Shown: positions 28,766 to 40,034, counted from the stretch's first letter. The stretch is 64,000 nt of DNA from Thermodesulfobacteriota bacterium (GCA_034189385.1 JAXHVD010000018.1:28398-92397), one strand, 5' to 3'. Made by a program: numbers and translations. The notes: a model not told the origin generated them from the sequence alone.

Positions 28766-30814
28766 TCAAGCCACAGACTGCCATCGATACAATCGAAAAT
28801 ATAGCCCCTCTTTGGCCATGAGATCTTCATGGGTGCCCACCTCCCGAATGCGCCCTTTGTGTAGCACAACGATGCGGTCGGCGTGGCGAATGGTGGACAG
28901 TCGATGGGCCACCACAATGGACGTGCGGCCCTGCATCAAGCGCAAGGTGGCCTCCTGGATCAGCCGTTCTGTCTCTGTATCCACACTGGAAGTGGCCTCA
29001 TCCAGGATCAAGATCTCAGGATCACGGGCCAGGGCGCGGGCAAATGCCACCAGTTGTCGCTCCCCGCTCGACAGGGTGCGCCCCCCTTCAGTCAATAGGG
29101 AATCGAGGCCATGAGGAAGGACCTTTATAAGCCGATCAAGATTACAGGCCGCAATGACCTCTTGGAGACGGTCATCGGAAAAGTGAAAATCCCCTGGGAC
29201 AATGTTATGTCGCAAGGTGTCTGCAAAAAGAAACACATCTTGCGTGATGAGGGCCATGTCGGCCCGAAGTCGGGTCTTTGGAACCTGGCGGATGTCTTTG
29301 CCTCCGACAAAGATACCCCCTTTGACGGGATCGTAGAACCGTTCAAGCAGATGAATAAGGGTAGACTTGCCGGCCCCAGTAGGACCCACAATGGCCACGG
29401 TCTCGCCGCCTTTGACAGTAAATGAGACATCCCTGAGGATCCAGTCTTCCCCTGCATAGGAAAACCAAACGTTGTCAAAGGAGACAGCTTTCCCTTTCCT
29501 GGGCAGGGATCGTCCCCCATCTGCAGGGCCGAAAGTTGGGTCAGCCAGGCTCTCCAGAGAAGGCATCTGGTCTCCCGTTGCCGGCGGCATCGTATCGGAC
29601 AAGTCCGGATCGGGTATCCGCTCCTGGCTGTCCAGAAGTAGGAATATCCGTTCAGATGAGGCCATGGCTGACTGCATGACATTGTACTTTTCGGCAATGT
29701 CGCGGATAGGACGGAAAAACATTCTCATGTAAGAGACAAAGGCCACCAGGGCCCCAAGACTGAGGGTCTCAGAGACGACGCGCCCTCCACCATACCAAAT
29801 CACCAGAGCAATGGTCACGGAGCTGAGGAGTTCAATGGCCGGCATGAAGACGGCGAAGATGTTGATCTGACGAATCTCTGTAAGATAATTCTCATGGTTG
29901 AGACGACGAAAGCGCCCCTCGTTTCTCGCTTCCTGCAAGAACAACTGCACAATGCGAATCCCATCGATGCTCTCCTGAAGCCTTGTGTTGATCTCAGCGA
30001 TTTTAATGCGAAGCTCCCGAAAGACGTCTCTAGCCAATCGCCTGAAGTAGGCAGTGGTCAACAAGACAACGGGAAGCATCAAGAAACAGATCAAGGCAAG
30101 TCTCCAACTCATGACCAACAGGACTACAGTAATGCCAAGAAGAAGAAAAAGGTCTTTGAATAGCACGGTGATAATGGAGGTAAAAAACTCGTGGAGATTC
30201 TGAACATCATTTGTCACGCGGGTGACGAGGCGTCCCACCGGATTCCTCGCAAAAAATGACACTGAAAGGCCCTGGATGTGCCCAAATATTCTCACCCTTA
30301 GATCATGCATAATGGACTGGCCGGCATACTCCATGATCAGCACGTTGCCGAAACTCAACACAAAGTGGCAAAGGATGACCCCAACAAAAATCAGGGCAAT
30401 GCGGGACACGCCCGCGTAGTCCGGCATACGCAACGCCGTCAAATCCGACTTTTCAAGTTTAGAGAGATCCTCATACAGAATCCTGGCCTCGGGCCAGTCC
30501 ACCTCAAACAAGGCGGGATAAAGCTTTACCACATCATCGACCGCTGCCATTCGCAGGTCGGCCGCATAGAAACGGCGTTTGTCGCGGGCCTCAGGCTTGT
30601 CATCTCCTACGCCCTGTACAATGTAACGATCAATGGCCACTTTTGTAAGATAAGGAAGCGCCAGGTCCAAGGCCGTTATGGCTGTCACCAAAGAGATGGC
30701 TAACAGGATGAAAGCCTGATATGGACGGACATGAGGAAAAAGTCTCTTGAGCAATCTCAAATCATAGGGCTTGCCCAACTGATCCTCTTCAAAATACCCG
30801 TAGTCACCGCGCAT
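28766..30814 (-). CDS. ABC exporter subunit (TMD-NBD), consensus Walker B
   Basis: GPTGAGKS, LSSGERQ, ILILDEAT. Confidence 0.93.
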   Translation of the reverse strand: MRGDYGYFEEDQLGKPYDLRLLKRLFPHVRPYQAFILLAISLVTAITALDLALPYLTKVAIDRYIVQGVGDDKPEARDKRRFYAADLRMAAVDDVVKLYPALFEVDWPEARILYEDLSKLEKSDLTALRMPDYAGVSRIALIFVGVILCHFVLSFGNVLIMEYAGQSIMHDLRVRIFGHIQGLSVSFFARNPVGRLVTRVTNDVQNLHEFFTSIITVLFKDLFLLLGITVVLLVMSWRLALICFLMLPVVLLTTAYFRRLARDVFRELRIKIAEINTRLQESIDGIRIVQLFLQEARNEGRFRRLNHENYLTEIRQINIFAVFMPAIELLSSVTIALVIWYGGGRVVSETLSLGALVAFVSYMRMFFRPIRDIAEKYNVMQSAMASSERIFLLLDSQERIPDPDLSDTMPPATGDQMPSLESLADPTFGPADGGRSLPRKGKAVSFDNVWFSYAGEDWILRDVSFTVKGGETVAIVGPTGAGKSTLIHLLERFYDPVKGGIFVGGKDIRQVPKTRLRADMALITQDVFLFADTLRHNIVPGDFHFSDDRLQEVIAACNLDRLIKVLPHGLDSLLTEGGRTLSSGERQLVAFARALARDPEILILDEATSSVDTETERLIQEATLRLMQGRTSIVVAHRLSTIRHADRIVVLHKGRIREVGTHEDLMAKEGLYFRLYRWQSVA

Positions 30815-32552
30815 GATTCAGCCCTTCCTCAATCTCCTGCCAGCGGTACATCCTACTGTAATATCCCTCTTGCGCCATGAGCTCTTCGTGGGTCCCTGCT
30901 GCCTTTAAGTGTCCATCCTCAAGGACGACAATAAGATCCGCATCTCTTACGTGACTTATTCGGTGAGAAACCATCACCGTCGTCCGGCCAAGGGAAGTAT
31001 CTTGGACACTGGCCAGGATCGCTGCAGCCGTCTCTGTGTCCACCTGACTCAGGGGGTCATCTAGAATCAGGACGGGCGTCTCCATGAGCAGCGCCCTTGC
31101 CAGGGCCAGGCGTTGCTTCTGGCCCCCAGACAGCGTGACCCCCCTTTCTCCGATAATGGTGTCAAATTGATGGGCGAACCCCATGATCGTGTCGTACAAA
31201 TGGGCCCTTTGCGCCGCCAGGATCATCTCTTCTTCCGACGCGTCTTCCTTGCCAAAACAAAGGTTCTCTGCGATGGTCCCGGAAAACAGAAAGGTGTCCT
31301 GCGGCACCACCGCCAGATGGCTCCGCAGGAGCTTCAGGGGCATCTCGCGAACATCAACCCCGTCCACCACAAGGCGCCCTTGCGTGACCTCATGAAGCCT
31401 TGGAATCAGGTGGCACACGGTGCTCTTGCCACATCCCGTGGGCCCAACCACACCAAGGGTCTGACCGCGAAGCACTGTAAATGATAGCTCTTTCAGGACC
31501 CAGGGCTGGCTTGGACGATACTTGAAACTGACTTCGTCAAATACAATCGTCCCCCTCGTTGCCTTTGGGGCCTTCGGCCTCGAGGGACTGACGATCTGAG
31601 GCCTGGTTTCAAGGATCACGTCGATCCTGTCGAGGGAGGCGGCCCCACGCTGAATCAGGTTCATGACCCATCCCAATGCCATCATGGGCCACGTTAGAAG
31701 ACCCAGGTAGCTGATGAAGGCCACGAAATCACCAGGGGTAATGGTCAGACTGATGGTTTGGGACCCACCAAGATAAAGCACGATGGCTACGCTGATGTTG
31801 GAGAACAGCATCATGCCAGGGAAAAAGAGCCCTGTGACCCGGACCAGCAAAAGGTTCTTGCCCAAATAGTCTCTCGAGGCCTCTGAAAGCCTTCTGGATT
31901 CGGCAGCCTGCCGATTATAGGCTTTGATAACCCGGATGCCGGCCAAACGTTCCCGCACCACCTCGGTCAGCTCAGCAAAGGAGGCCTGGACCTGTCTGTA
32001 TAGCTTGTGCATACGCCGCGTCAGGACCCGAGCTAAAAGGACAATGATCGGCATGGGTAGGAGTGCAAAGACGGTGAGGGTCACATTAATGTAGAGCATG
32101 AAACCGATGGCAGCCAGACCGAGAACCACGGCATCGGTCAAAGCCACCATCCCCATGCCCACAGCCATCCGCACATGTTGGACGTCATTGGTGGCATGGG
32201 CCATCAGGTTGCCCGTTGTGGTTTTGTCAAAATACCTGGGAGAGAGGGTTTGGATATGGGAAAAAAGTCGGTTTCGTATCCCCTCTTCTACCCGCCTAGA
32301 CGTTCCTATGAGACATCTACGCCAGACGAAACGAAAGGCCCCGATCATGACTGCCAACCCCACGATATAGAGGGCATAATAAATGAGGCTTGTGGTGGTA
32401 GTACAACAGACGGCCAGATCATCCACGGCCCACTTGATGACGCGGGGGATAAATAACTGAAGGATGTCCACAACGAAAAGAGAAAAAAGGCCGAGAAGGA
32501 TAGAGGCCTTCCTCTCCAAGAAGTACGGCTTGATGAGACGGAATGATTTCAT
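30804..32552 (-). CDS. ABC exporter subunit (TMD-NBD), degenerate Walker B; heterodimer partner
   Basis: GPTGCGKS, LSGGQKQ, LILDDP; overlaps the partner gene. Confidence 0.93.
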   Translation of the reverse strand: MKSFRLIKPYFLERKASILLGLFSLFVVDILQLFIPRVIKWAVDDLAVCCTTTTSLIYYALYIVGLAVMIGAFRFVWRRCLIGTSRRVEEGIRNRLFSHIQTLSPRYFDKTTTGNLMAHATNDVQHVRMAVGMGMVALTDAVVLGLAAIGFMLYINVTLTVFALLPMPIIVLLARVLTRRMHKLYRQVQASFAELTEVVRERLAGIRVIKAYNRQAAESRRLSEASRDYLGKNLLLVRVTGLFFPGMMLFSNISVAIVLYLGGSQTISLTITPGDFVAFISYLGLLTWPMMALGWVMNLIQRGAASLDRIDVILETRPQIVSPSRPKAPKATRGTIVFDEVSFKYRPSQPWVLKELSFTVLRGQTLGVVGPTGCGKSTVCHLIPRLHEVTQGRLVVDGVDVREMPLKLLRSHLAVVPQDTFLFSGTIAENLCFGKEDASEEEMILAAQRAHLYDTIMGFAHQFDTIIGERGVTLSGGQKQRLALARALLMETPVLILDDPLSQVDTETAAAILASVQDTSLGRTTVMVSHRISHVRDADLIVVLEDGHLKAAGTHEELMAQEGYYSRMYRWQEIEEGLNHAR

Positions 32553-32859
32553 GGGCCTTTCCGTTGTAGCATCTGCGCCCTTTTCCGTGATGGCGTCTGC
32601 CCAGAAGACAGTCGCATATGGCAAGCCCCGCAGCCAATCCCGTGTTGCTTCAGCGAGATGCGACCTTTGCCATTGGGGTGTAAGGACGTCTCTGGCAAGG
32701 TGGGCTCTATACCCACTCGGGGCTAGAGGAACTCCCTGTGGGGCAAAGAAGGAATGGTAACAAACAGGGGTAAAACAGTCAAAGCGATTTCTACAGCGCC
32801 GTCTTTCTCAACCAGAGCCATTGTTGACTTTCACTGCCCCCATTGTTATGATATGGGCC

Positions 32860-34878
32860 ATGGAACCGGGTACGATTGTCGAATATATTGAACGTAAGAA
32901 GATTGTCTGCGCCGTGGTCTTGGGCCAAAAAAACCAAAGGGCCCAGATGCTCACTGAGCATAATCGAGAAGTCAGCCACGCCGAGAAGAGGCTGGCCCAC
33001 AAAGCAAATCAACGCCTTGACCCGAAGATGGGTAGAGACGCCCTAGTAGAGAGTCTAAAAGGTGCTGCGGCAAGGAGAAGAAAGCTCCAAAACCAGATAG
33101 ATGTCAAGGACCTTTGGGAGGTCCTGCACACGGAAGGCACATGGATAGACCTACAGAGCATGGCGGAATTCTGCTTTGATGGCGAGATCTCGAGCGATCA
33201 CACTTCAGCCGTCATGAGGGCCCTATTTGAAGACCGTCTCTATTTCAAGTTCGACGCTGAGCGTTTTTTCCCAAACAGCCCGGAGCAGGTGGCCCGAATT
33301 GCAGCGCAGGCAGCAGAAGAGGCTCGCAAGGTCCATGTCATTGAGCAGGGAAGCCGCTGGATACAGCAGGCAATGGAAACGGACCGTGTCTCTGTGCCCT
33401 CAGACATGGAAGAGATCGTTGAGATACTAAAATCTGTGTGCCTCTTTGGAAAAGACAGTCCCCACTACAAGATAGGCAAGGAGATCCTTGCACGAACCGG
33501 TCTGGATCCAAGGGAGGCTCCTTTTGACTTCCTGGTTAAGTTGGGAGCGTGGAATCAGGACGAAAACCTGAACCTCCATAGACTGGGCATATCAGATTCC
33601 TTCCCCCCAGCCGTGATGAAGGCTTCAGAGGACATCGTATGTCAACAGATAGAGGTGGCACCGAACTTGGGACGGAGGGATTTGACCCATATTGGCGTGC
33701 TCACGATTGATGGCCAAGGGACCCTTGATTTTGATGATGCCATCAGTATTGAACCAAAAGGAGAGGGTTATCGTTTGGGGGTTCACATCACCGATGTGGG
33801 CCATTACGTGAAGAAAGGGGGGCCATTAGACAAGGAGGCCATGTCGCGGGCCAGCTCTATATACATGCCAGACAAGCGTATTCCAATGCTTCCCCAGAAT
33901 TTGGCAGAAGATCTCTGCAGCCTCAAAGAAGGACAAGAGCGCCTTGCCATCAGCATCGTGGCGGACCTTGACAGCGCAGCAAATGTGGTAGCATACGAGG
34001 TCTTTCCCAGTATCATCCGGGTGGCCCGACAGCTTACCTACTACCAAGCCAACCTACTGGTGCAAGAGGACCCAGAGCTTGCAGCCATCTACGACATGGC
34101 CCAAAAACTGCGCGCCATCCGCGTGAAGGCCGATGCCCTGCAACTCCTGATTCCGGAGGTCAACGTCTGGATAAACGGTCACGGAGAGATTTCAATTAGC
34201 CGCATCAATCGTGAAAGCCCCAGTCGTATGATGGTTTCCGAGTGTATGATTCTGGCCAATAGTCTAGCGGCCCGATTCTTTCGAGACCATGGTCAGGCCA
34301 CCGTTTACCGGTCACAATTGCCCCCCCGCCAGCGCCTCGTTGACGGAGGTGGCGATTCTCTCTTTCAAAACTGGATGCAACGACGCTTCTTGAGCCGCCT
34401 TGTCCTAGGCCTTCATCCGGAACCCCATGCAGGCCTCGGACTGGCTGCTTACGTGACGCTCACATCTCCTCTCCGGAAGTATCTGGATCTCGTCACCCAG
34501 CGTCAGATCAGGGGGCTTTTTGGCATGGAACGGCTATACACGGAAGAAGAATTAAGGTTTATTACTCAAGCCGTGGAACAGCCCATAAGTTACATTTCGG
34601 TACTTCAAAAAGAGCGCACCCGCTATTGGATTCTGAAATACCTCGAAGGGTTCACAGGAAAGAAGGAGGAAGCCTTAGTCCTTGAGAAGCGCCGACAGAA
34701 ATATGTGGTCCTCCTAACCAACTACATGATGGAATGCTCCCTGCCGCTGAACAGCGGTGCCGAGCTCAAGCCACAGGAAACTGTCATTGTCAAGACAGAA
34801 AGAGTAAATGCCAGAAACGACATCCTGACGGTCTCCCTGGCACGGAGCCCCTCCCATTCCAGTCATCGTTCTTCATAA
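32860..34878 (+). CDS. RNase II/R (RNB domain) exoribonuclease
   Basis: TIDGQGTLDFDDA, SIYMP, TSPLRKYLDL. Confidence 0.92.
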   Translation: MEPGTIVEYIERKKIVCAVVLGQKNQRAQMLTEHNREVSHAEKRLAHKANQRLDPKMGRDALVESLKGAAARRRKLQNQIDVKDLWEVLHTEGTWIDLQSMAEFCFDGEISSDHTSAVMRALFEDRLYFKFDAERFFPNSPEQVARIAAQAAEEARKVHVIEQGSRWIQQAMETDRVSVPSDMEEIVEILKSVCLFGKDSPHYKIGKEILARTGLDPREAPFDFLVKLGAWNQDENLNLHRLGISDSFPPAVMKASEDIVCQQIEVAPNLGRRDLTHIGVLTIDGQGTLDFDDAISIEPKGEGYRLGVHITDVGHYVKKGGPLDKEAMSRASSIYMPDKRIPMLPQNLAEDLCSLKEGQERLAISIVADLDSAANVVAYEVFPSIIRVARQLTYYQANLLVQEDPELAAIYDMAQKLRAIRVKADALQLLIPEVNVWINGHGEISISRINRESPSRMMVSECMILANSLAARFFRDHGQATVYRSQLPPRQRLVDGGGDSLFQNWMQRRFLSRLVLGLHPEPHAGLGLAAYVTLTSPLRKYLDLVTQRQIRGLFGMERLYTEEELRFITQAVEQPISYISVLQKERTRYWILKYLEGFTGKKEEALVLEKRRQKYVVLLTNYMMECSLPLNSGAELKPQETVIVKTERVNARNDILTVSLARSPSHSSHRSS

Positions 34879-34907
34879 GGCAACAGGTTTTGAAGTCTGC
34901 TCTCACC

Positions 34908-35123
34908 CTATGTTGCCCTTTCCTCAAACTCCATGGTTTCATCGTTTAGAAGACCCAGGTACCTGTCGTCCTGGCCAAACAAGAACCACAACTGACCCAC
35001 ACTGAGCGCATTTGCCCAATCCACCTCCTGTTCCATCTCAAGGACAATATCTTCAGGTGAAACAGGTGAACTCTTGATCCCAAATTCCTTAAAAAAAGAA
35101 AGAAAACTCTCCTTGTCTGACAT
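34908..35123 (-). CDS. Small acidic hypothetical protein (71 aa)
   Basis: ATG behind AAGGAGGA; the upstream ORF extension runs through a repeat. Confidence 0.6.
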   Translation of the reverse strand: MSDKESFLSFFKEFGIKSSPVSPEDIVLEMEQEVDWANALSVGQLWFLFGQDDRYLGLLNDETMEFEERAT

Positions 35124-35151
35124 CCTATTCCTCCTTATACGTGTTCTATTA

Positions 35152-35212
35152 ATGAAATCGTAAAAGGTCTTTTGCTCACGGACGGAGCTAAAGGGATTTT
35201 TCACGACTTCAT
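35152..35212. repeat. Short palindromic element related to 535-681
   Basis: atgaaatcgtaaaaggtc / gatttttcacgacttcat inverted ends. Confidence 0.5.
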
Positions 35213-35283
35213 CTTTGTTAGTAGCGTAAAGAAACTGGAACCTATGCTAAGACCGATCCCCTCCTTATGGTCTTGCCCCTCTG

Positions 35284-36231
35284 CTACGATGACCCCGACA
35301 AATGCTCAACGATTTCCAAGGCCCTTTCACGTTTTGCCAGCCGGACCTGTTCAAAGAGCTTGCCACATTGTTCCTTGGTCAGGCCACCTACCATACGATT
35401 GACCTTCGCCATATCTTCTGAGTGGGGCGTCTCAGAGGCCCCGGGAAGGAGTTCTTCCTTCTGAAGCAACTTAATGTACACAAGACTACGAGCGGCCAAC
35501 AAGTCTCCTATGGTCTTTGGCACCCTCCCATGAAGAACATAATGAAGGGTCAAAATGTCGCCTGGCCCCATATTGCGTCGGACCCCTCCAAGCTTGCGCA
35601 CTGCCGGTGCCAGGAGAAAGGCCACCTGGATCTTCTGAATAGCGCTGAGATTCCGCCTAAGACAGATATACAAAAAGTAGTGAATATATCCGGCCTCCAC
35701 ATAAGTGTCAATGCCGTTAGAAATCAGGGATGTGATTGCCTGAGACCGCAAGAGCGCACGGAGCCTCAATCGATGGGCGTCTGCTTTGGCAAAAGCTTTC
35801 ACTGCTGTCACCACCTCATCAAACGGTGATTTCAAACTGCAGGCATAATAATCCAGCAGGGCTGCTGTGGCGCGTTTTTCTGCGTGGTAGACCTTTGCCA
35901 GAGCAGGGTCCTTGACCACCGCGTCCGGTGTCTTGCCATCGGCCAAAAGCTCGTGGATTCTAAGGAGTGTCTCCAGATAAGGCTCCACCTGCACAATCTG
36001 TCTGCCACTTTCAAACAACTCCTGGAGCATGGCACACATGAGGCGTTCAAACTCGGGAAATCCTGAGTCAATCTCCATCATGTATTCATCAACGGAAATC
36101 CGACCCTCCAACATGCCAGAAAAGCTCGGCGACGGCGCATCCTCGAGCACAATCAGCTGGTGCCGTTCCATGTGCTCTCGTGCAGAAGGCAAGGTCTCTG
36201 CATGGTGGGATGAGAAACCGATGGTAATCAT
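35284..36231 (-). CDS. Hypothetical protein, possibly TraB/ChaN/EreA-like fold
   Basis: 315-aa ORF; GFSSHH, IVLED and EAGYIH motif order. Confidence 0.7.
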   Translation of the reverse strand: MITIGFSSHHAETLPSAREHMERHQLIVLEDAPSPSFSGMLEGRISVDEYMMEIDSGFPEFERLMCAMLQELFESGRQIVQVEPYLETLLRIHELLADGKTPDAVVKDPALAKVYHAEKRATAALLDYYACSLKSPFDEVVTAVKAFAKADAHRLRLRALLRSQAITSLISNGIDTYVEAGYIHYFLYICLRRNLSAIQKIQVAFLLAPAVRKLGGVRRNMGPGDILTLHYVLHGRVPKTIGDLLAARSLVYIKLLQKEELLPGASETPHSEDMAKVNRMVGGLTKEQCGKLFEQVRLAKRERALEIVEHLSGSS

Positions 36232-36246
36232 ACCGGGGCCCGCAGG

Positions 36247-36417
36247 TTAGGCTTCCTTTGTCTCTTTTTCCGTGTGCTCTTCAGGTTGTTCCCTGTCTCT
36301 GGAATGCTCTTGGAGCAGTTCATCAGCCTGGGAGAGGACTTTCTTGAGTCTTGCCTCAATAGAACGCAGCTCTTTGTCAACTTCCACTATGAACCGATCC
36401 TTTTCCTTCTGGTCCAT
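36247..36417 (-). CDS. Small coiled-coil protein
   Basis: AAGGAG RBS before MDQKEK; operon spacing. Confidence 0.65.
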   Translation of the reverse strand: MDQKEKDRFIVEVDKELRSIEARLKKVLSQADELLQEHSRDREQPEEHTEKETKEA

Positions 36418-36489
36418 CCTATCTCCTTCTGGGTTCATCCTTTCAGCCCTGGGGAGCACCATCGGGCCAGTCTTTACCTCCTATCCAGA

Positions 36490-37362
36490 TCACAAAGCAG
36501 GATCTGGGAAACGGGGAACGAAGCCGCTCTTTTCATAAATACCTTGGGCCCCAGCTGACTTTATGAAATCAAGGAATTTTTCCCCATTCTCAGGGTGGCC
36601 GGCACCTTTCAGACGGCACATATAGTAGTTGATACTGCCCCTTTGATCCAAATCTTCTCCTGGCTCAACCACATCAACACAAAGGCCCATCTGCCGGGCA
36701 TGTGTGATTTCCGTGGCCCACACCGGTCCCACGTCAACGGTTCTTTTTGTGATGCGAAGCGGTGTCTCCCTATGGTGTACGATCGTCATAATGGTGGTGC
36801 CTTCAGCGCGCTTTCGTTCCATGATACGATCCAAGAGATCCTGCCCACCAGCTTGGCGATACATTTCCATAATGTAAAAAGCAATGTCTTCATACTCCGG
36901 GTTTGGCTGGGAGATGCGCACGGCTTCCTGCCCCAAGTCCGAGACAGAGACGATCCTGGCCGGATTTCCTTCTGGCACCATCAGAACAATCCTATTATGG
37001 AGATAGCAAAAGTAGTCCTCCCCTGAGATGATCCCCTTGTCTTGAAGCCGATTCATGGCTTCTTCGCTCACAGAAGCATAGACGTCCGGGACGACATCAA
37101 TGACCCTGTCCCGAAAGACCGCGCCACCGGCCAAGATCTGTTTCAACTCCAACCCAGGCGGAAGGGTTTCGTAAAAGACCTTCTTGATCTCTGGATATTG
37201 CTTCTGAAATGCCTGTACGAGTTCCTTCATCACCATGAATTGATTCCCGGCCACAAACAGAACCAGGTCTGCAGAATCTGCGAGTGCGAGATTGTGAAGG
37301 TCATCTTCTCGATCCGAAGGGATGACGGGAAAACCCATCTTCTGTCCCTTGTCTACCACCAT
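36490..37362 (-). CDS. ModA-like oxyanion-binding fold protein without signal peptide
   Basis: VPEGNPARI.S..DL, VGPVWATE, F.DFIKS...IYEKSGF; GGAGGAG RBS before MVVDK. Confidence 0.8.
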   Translation of the reverse strand: MVVDKGQKMGFPVIPSDREDDLHNLALADSADLVLFVAGNQFMVMKELVQAFQKQYPEIKKVFYETLPPGLELKQILAGGAVFRDRVIDVVPDVYASVSEEAMNRLQDKGIISGEDYFCYLHNRIVLMVPEGNPARIVSVSDLGQEAVRISQPNPEYEDIAFYIMEMYRQAGGQDLLDRIMERKRAEGTTIMTIVHHRETPLRITKRTVDVGPVWATEITHARQMGLCVDVVEPGEDLDQRGSINYYMCRLKGAGHPENGEKFLDFIKSAGAQGIYEKSGFVPRFPDPAL

Positions 37363-37466
37363 GTCATCTCCTCCTTCCTGGCCCACAAGGCCGGCTTTCA
37401 ATAGTCGCAAACCTAACTATGTCCTGCCCTCAAAGGTACTGCAATAGCATATGAAACAAGGCCCTG

Positions 37467-38363
37467 TCAAAAAACCTCTTCCCCTTTTCGCCTTGCCCGA
37501 ACGACCCGATCAAGACCGCTGTAGTCCTTTATAACAGAGAAGTCCTTATAGGCCCCAGAGGCCGCCATGAGCCCTTCGATCGATGCTGCTTGGTCATGGC
37601 CTATTTCCAAGAGGAGCCACCCCCCTGGAGTCATGTGCGCTGGAGCCTTCTCAATGATGAGCTCGATGGCGTCCAGACCGTGAGCCCCACCGTCAAGGGC
37701 CTGTGGCGGTTCATGCTGGGAGATTTCCAGGGGAAGGGTCTCGAAATCTTGGTTTGACACATAGGGAGGATTCGAAACGATCAGGTCAAAGCGGCTCTGT
37801 CGAACCTCCTGAAGGGCTTCAAACCAGTTGCTTCGGAGAAAAGTGATGTCGCCTTTCACTCCGTGTCTTCGGGCGTTATCCTGGGCCACTGCCAATGCCT
37901 TGTGGGAGCAGTCAAGGGCATAGAAGAGATGCCCTGTCCGTTCTATGGCCAATGCGATGACAACGGCCCCGGACCCGGTTCCGAGATCCAATATCCGAAG
38001 AGGCCTTGGTGACGGCTCTTCCGGCACGGTCAACAGGACCGCCTCTACCAGCGTCTCGGTCTCTGGACGGGGGATGAGCACGTCAGGGGTGACTCTAAGA
38101 TCCAGAGACCAGAACCCTTTCTCGCCTACGATGTAGGCAACCGGTTCCCGTTTGAGCCGTCTTTGGATGAATCCTTTGAAAACCTCCAATTCCTGGGGCT
38201 CCAGAGGACGATCATACTGGATGTAGAGATCAACCCTTGCCATACCAAGGGCATGGGCCAGAAGAATCTCGGAGGCAGCTCGCGGGTGTTCAATCTGGTG
38301 GGACTTGAAGTAGCCGGTCGTCCACTTGAGAAGCTTGAGGATGGTCCAGGTCTCAGGCGGCAT
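37467..38363 (-). CDS. prmC: Release factor glutamine methyltransferase
   Basis: [21 protein letters not shown]. Confidence 0.96.
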   Translation of the reverse strand: MPPETWTILKLLKWTTGYFKSHQIEHPRAASEILLAHALGMARVDLYIQYDRPLEPQELEVFKGFIQRRLKREPVAYIVGEKGFWSLDLRVTPDVLIPRPETETLVEAVLLTVPEEPSPRPLRILDLGTGSGAVVIALAIERTGHLFYALDCSHKALAVAQDNARRHGVKGDITFLRSNWFEALQEVRQSRFDLIVSNPPYVSNQDFETLPLEISQHEPPQALDGGAHGLDAIELIIEKAPAHMTPGGWLLLEIGHDQAASIEGLMAASGAYKDFSVIKDYSGLDRVVRARRKGEEVF

Positions 38364-39438
38364 CCCTGGACTGTGACTCGGTGTTTTCAAAGGCAAGGGC
38401 CTGATGGTGGGTCACAAGGGCGTCAATAATCTCCTGTAGATCCCCCTCAAGGATACTCTCGAGCTTGTACAACGTGAGCCCAATCCGGTGATCAGTGGCT
38501 CGACCCTGGGGATAGTTGTAAGTCCTAATGCGTCCGCTTCGATCTCCCGTGCCGACTTGGCTTCTGCGGTCTGCAGATATCTTCTCGTTCTGCTCAGAGA
38601 CGATTTTCTCGTAAACACGGGCCCGCAGCACCTTCATGGCCTTGGCCCTGTTCTTGTGCTGTGACTTCTCGTCCTGGCAGCTGACTACCATGCCTGTGGG
38701 TAGGTGAGTAATACGCACGGCAGAATCTGTGGTATTGACACTCTGTCCTCCAGGACCGGTGGAACGGAACACATCTACTCTAATCTCGTCGGGCTCGATC
38801 TTGACATCCACATCTTCAGGCTCTGGAAGCACAGCCACTGTCACGGCCGATGTATGGATTCTACCCTGCGATTCAGTCACAGGTACCCGCTGGACCCTGT
38901 GGGTGCCGCTTTCGTACTTGAGACTGCTGTAAACTCCCTTGCCCTTGACCAAGGCGATAATCTCTTTCAAGCCTCCCACACCGGTGGCATGCTTGCTCAA
39001 AATCTCCACCTTCCAGCCAACCTTTTCTGCGTACTTCATATACATCTTAAAAAGGTCTGCTGCAAAAAGCCCTGCCTCTTCACCGCCAGTGCCGGCCCGA
39101 ATTTCAAGGACAACATTCCTCTCGTCGTTAGGATCCTTTGGTACAAGAAGGAGCTTTAACTCTAGCTCCAACGCTTCGAGGCGCTCCGTAGAGGCCCCGA
39201 TGTCTTCCCGTGCCAGCTCCTTTATTTCCTCGTCCCCGTCCTTGAGCAGCTCTGTGGATTCTTCAATGTTCTGAGCTACCCCTTTGTACTCGCGAAAAAC
39301 AGAAACGATCTTGCTCAACTCCCCGTGTTCTCGGGCGTATCGTTGGTAACCCTGTTGGTCCTTTATCACTTCGGGATCGCTGAGAAGCCTTTCAAGTTTG
39401 GCAAAGCGTTCCTCAACGCCCTTTAGTTTGTCCAGCAT
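38353..39438 (-). CDS. prfA: Peptide chain release factor 1
   Basis: RVPVTE (PxT), GPGGQSVN. Confidence 0.98.
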   Translation of the reverse strand: MLDKLKGVEERFAKLERLLSDPEVIKDQQGYQRYAREHGELSKIVSVFREYKGVAQNIEESTELLKDGDEEIKELAREDIGASTERLEALELELKLLLVPKDPNDERNVVLEIRAGTGGEEAGLFAADLFKMYMKYAEKVGWKVEILSKHATGVGGLKEIIALVKGKGVYSSLKYESGTHRVQRVPVTESQGRIHTSAVTVAVLPEPEDVDVKIEPDEIRVDVFRSTGPGGQSVNTTDSAVRITHLPTGMVVSCQDEKSQHKNRAKAMKVLRARVYEKIVSEQNEKISADRRSQVGTGDRSGRIRTYNYPQGRATDHRIGLTLYKLESILEGDLQEIIDALVTHHQALAFENTESQSRDAA

Positions 39439-39461
39439 CTATGTTTGCCTCGCCCCAACGG

Positions 39462-39701
39462 CTATGACTTCTGTGCCTTTTCTGCCCCTTTCTTCTGAGC
39501 CTCGAACTTGGCGTATTTCCTTCGGAACCGCTCAACGCGACCGGCAGTGTCCACCAACTTCTGTTTGCCGGTGAAAAAAGGATGGCACTTGGAACAGATT
39601 TCAACCCGGATGTCCTTCTTTGTGGAGCCTACCTCCACCACATTTCCGCACGCACAGTGAATCGCCGTCTGAGAATAATCAGGATGTATGTCCTTTTTCA
39701 T
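39462..39701 (-). CDS. rpmE: 50S ribosomal protein L31 (zinc-binding type)
   Basis: [21 protein letters not shown]. Confidence 0.97.
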   Translation of the reverse strand: MKKDIHPDYSQTAIHCACGNVVEVGSTKKDIRVEICSKCHPFFTGKQKLVDTAGRVERFRRKYAKFEAQKKGAEKAQKS

Positions 39702-39847
39702 GTATGTCCTCCATACCTCGTTAATATCCCCCCACGTCATCCAAAGCCCGGCCCCTTCAGTCCCCATGCCTCTCAGAGATCCCACCCCGACGGCAATGAC
39801 CTCAGTCCCCGTCAATCCCTAAGCCATGTGGGCATGGGCCTTAGCTA

Positions 39848-40034
39848 GTGTCCATCCATAAATGGCTCTTTTTTCGATGAGCGGCGTTGTCCGCGGGTTC
39901 TCGGCTGCGACGTACCCCATGTACGCCTCGTCGCAAACCCTTGTGCCGCCTTGCTCATCAAAAAAACTGCTCATTTCTGAATTGGAAACTGACGCCAGTG
40001 CCCAACTTCTTCATGGGTATCCGTGGATGGGCCT
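39848..40034. mobile_element. 187-bp MITE related to the ISNCY-like element at 57705
   Basis: End GTGTCCATCCATAAAT identical to the IS end; other end CCGTGGATGG; 6-bp duplication TAGCTA. Confidence 0.85.
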
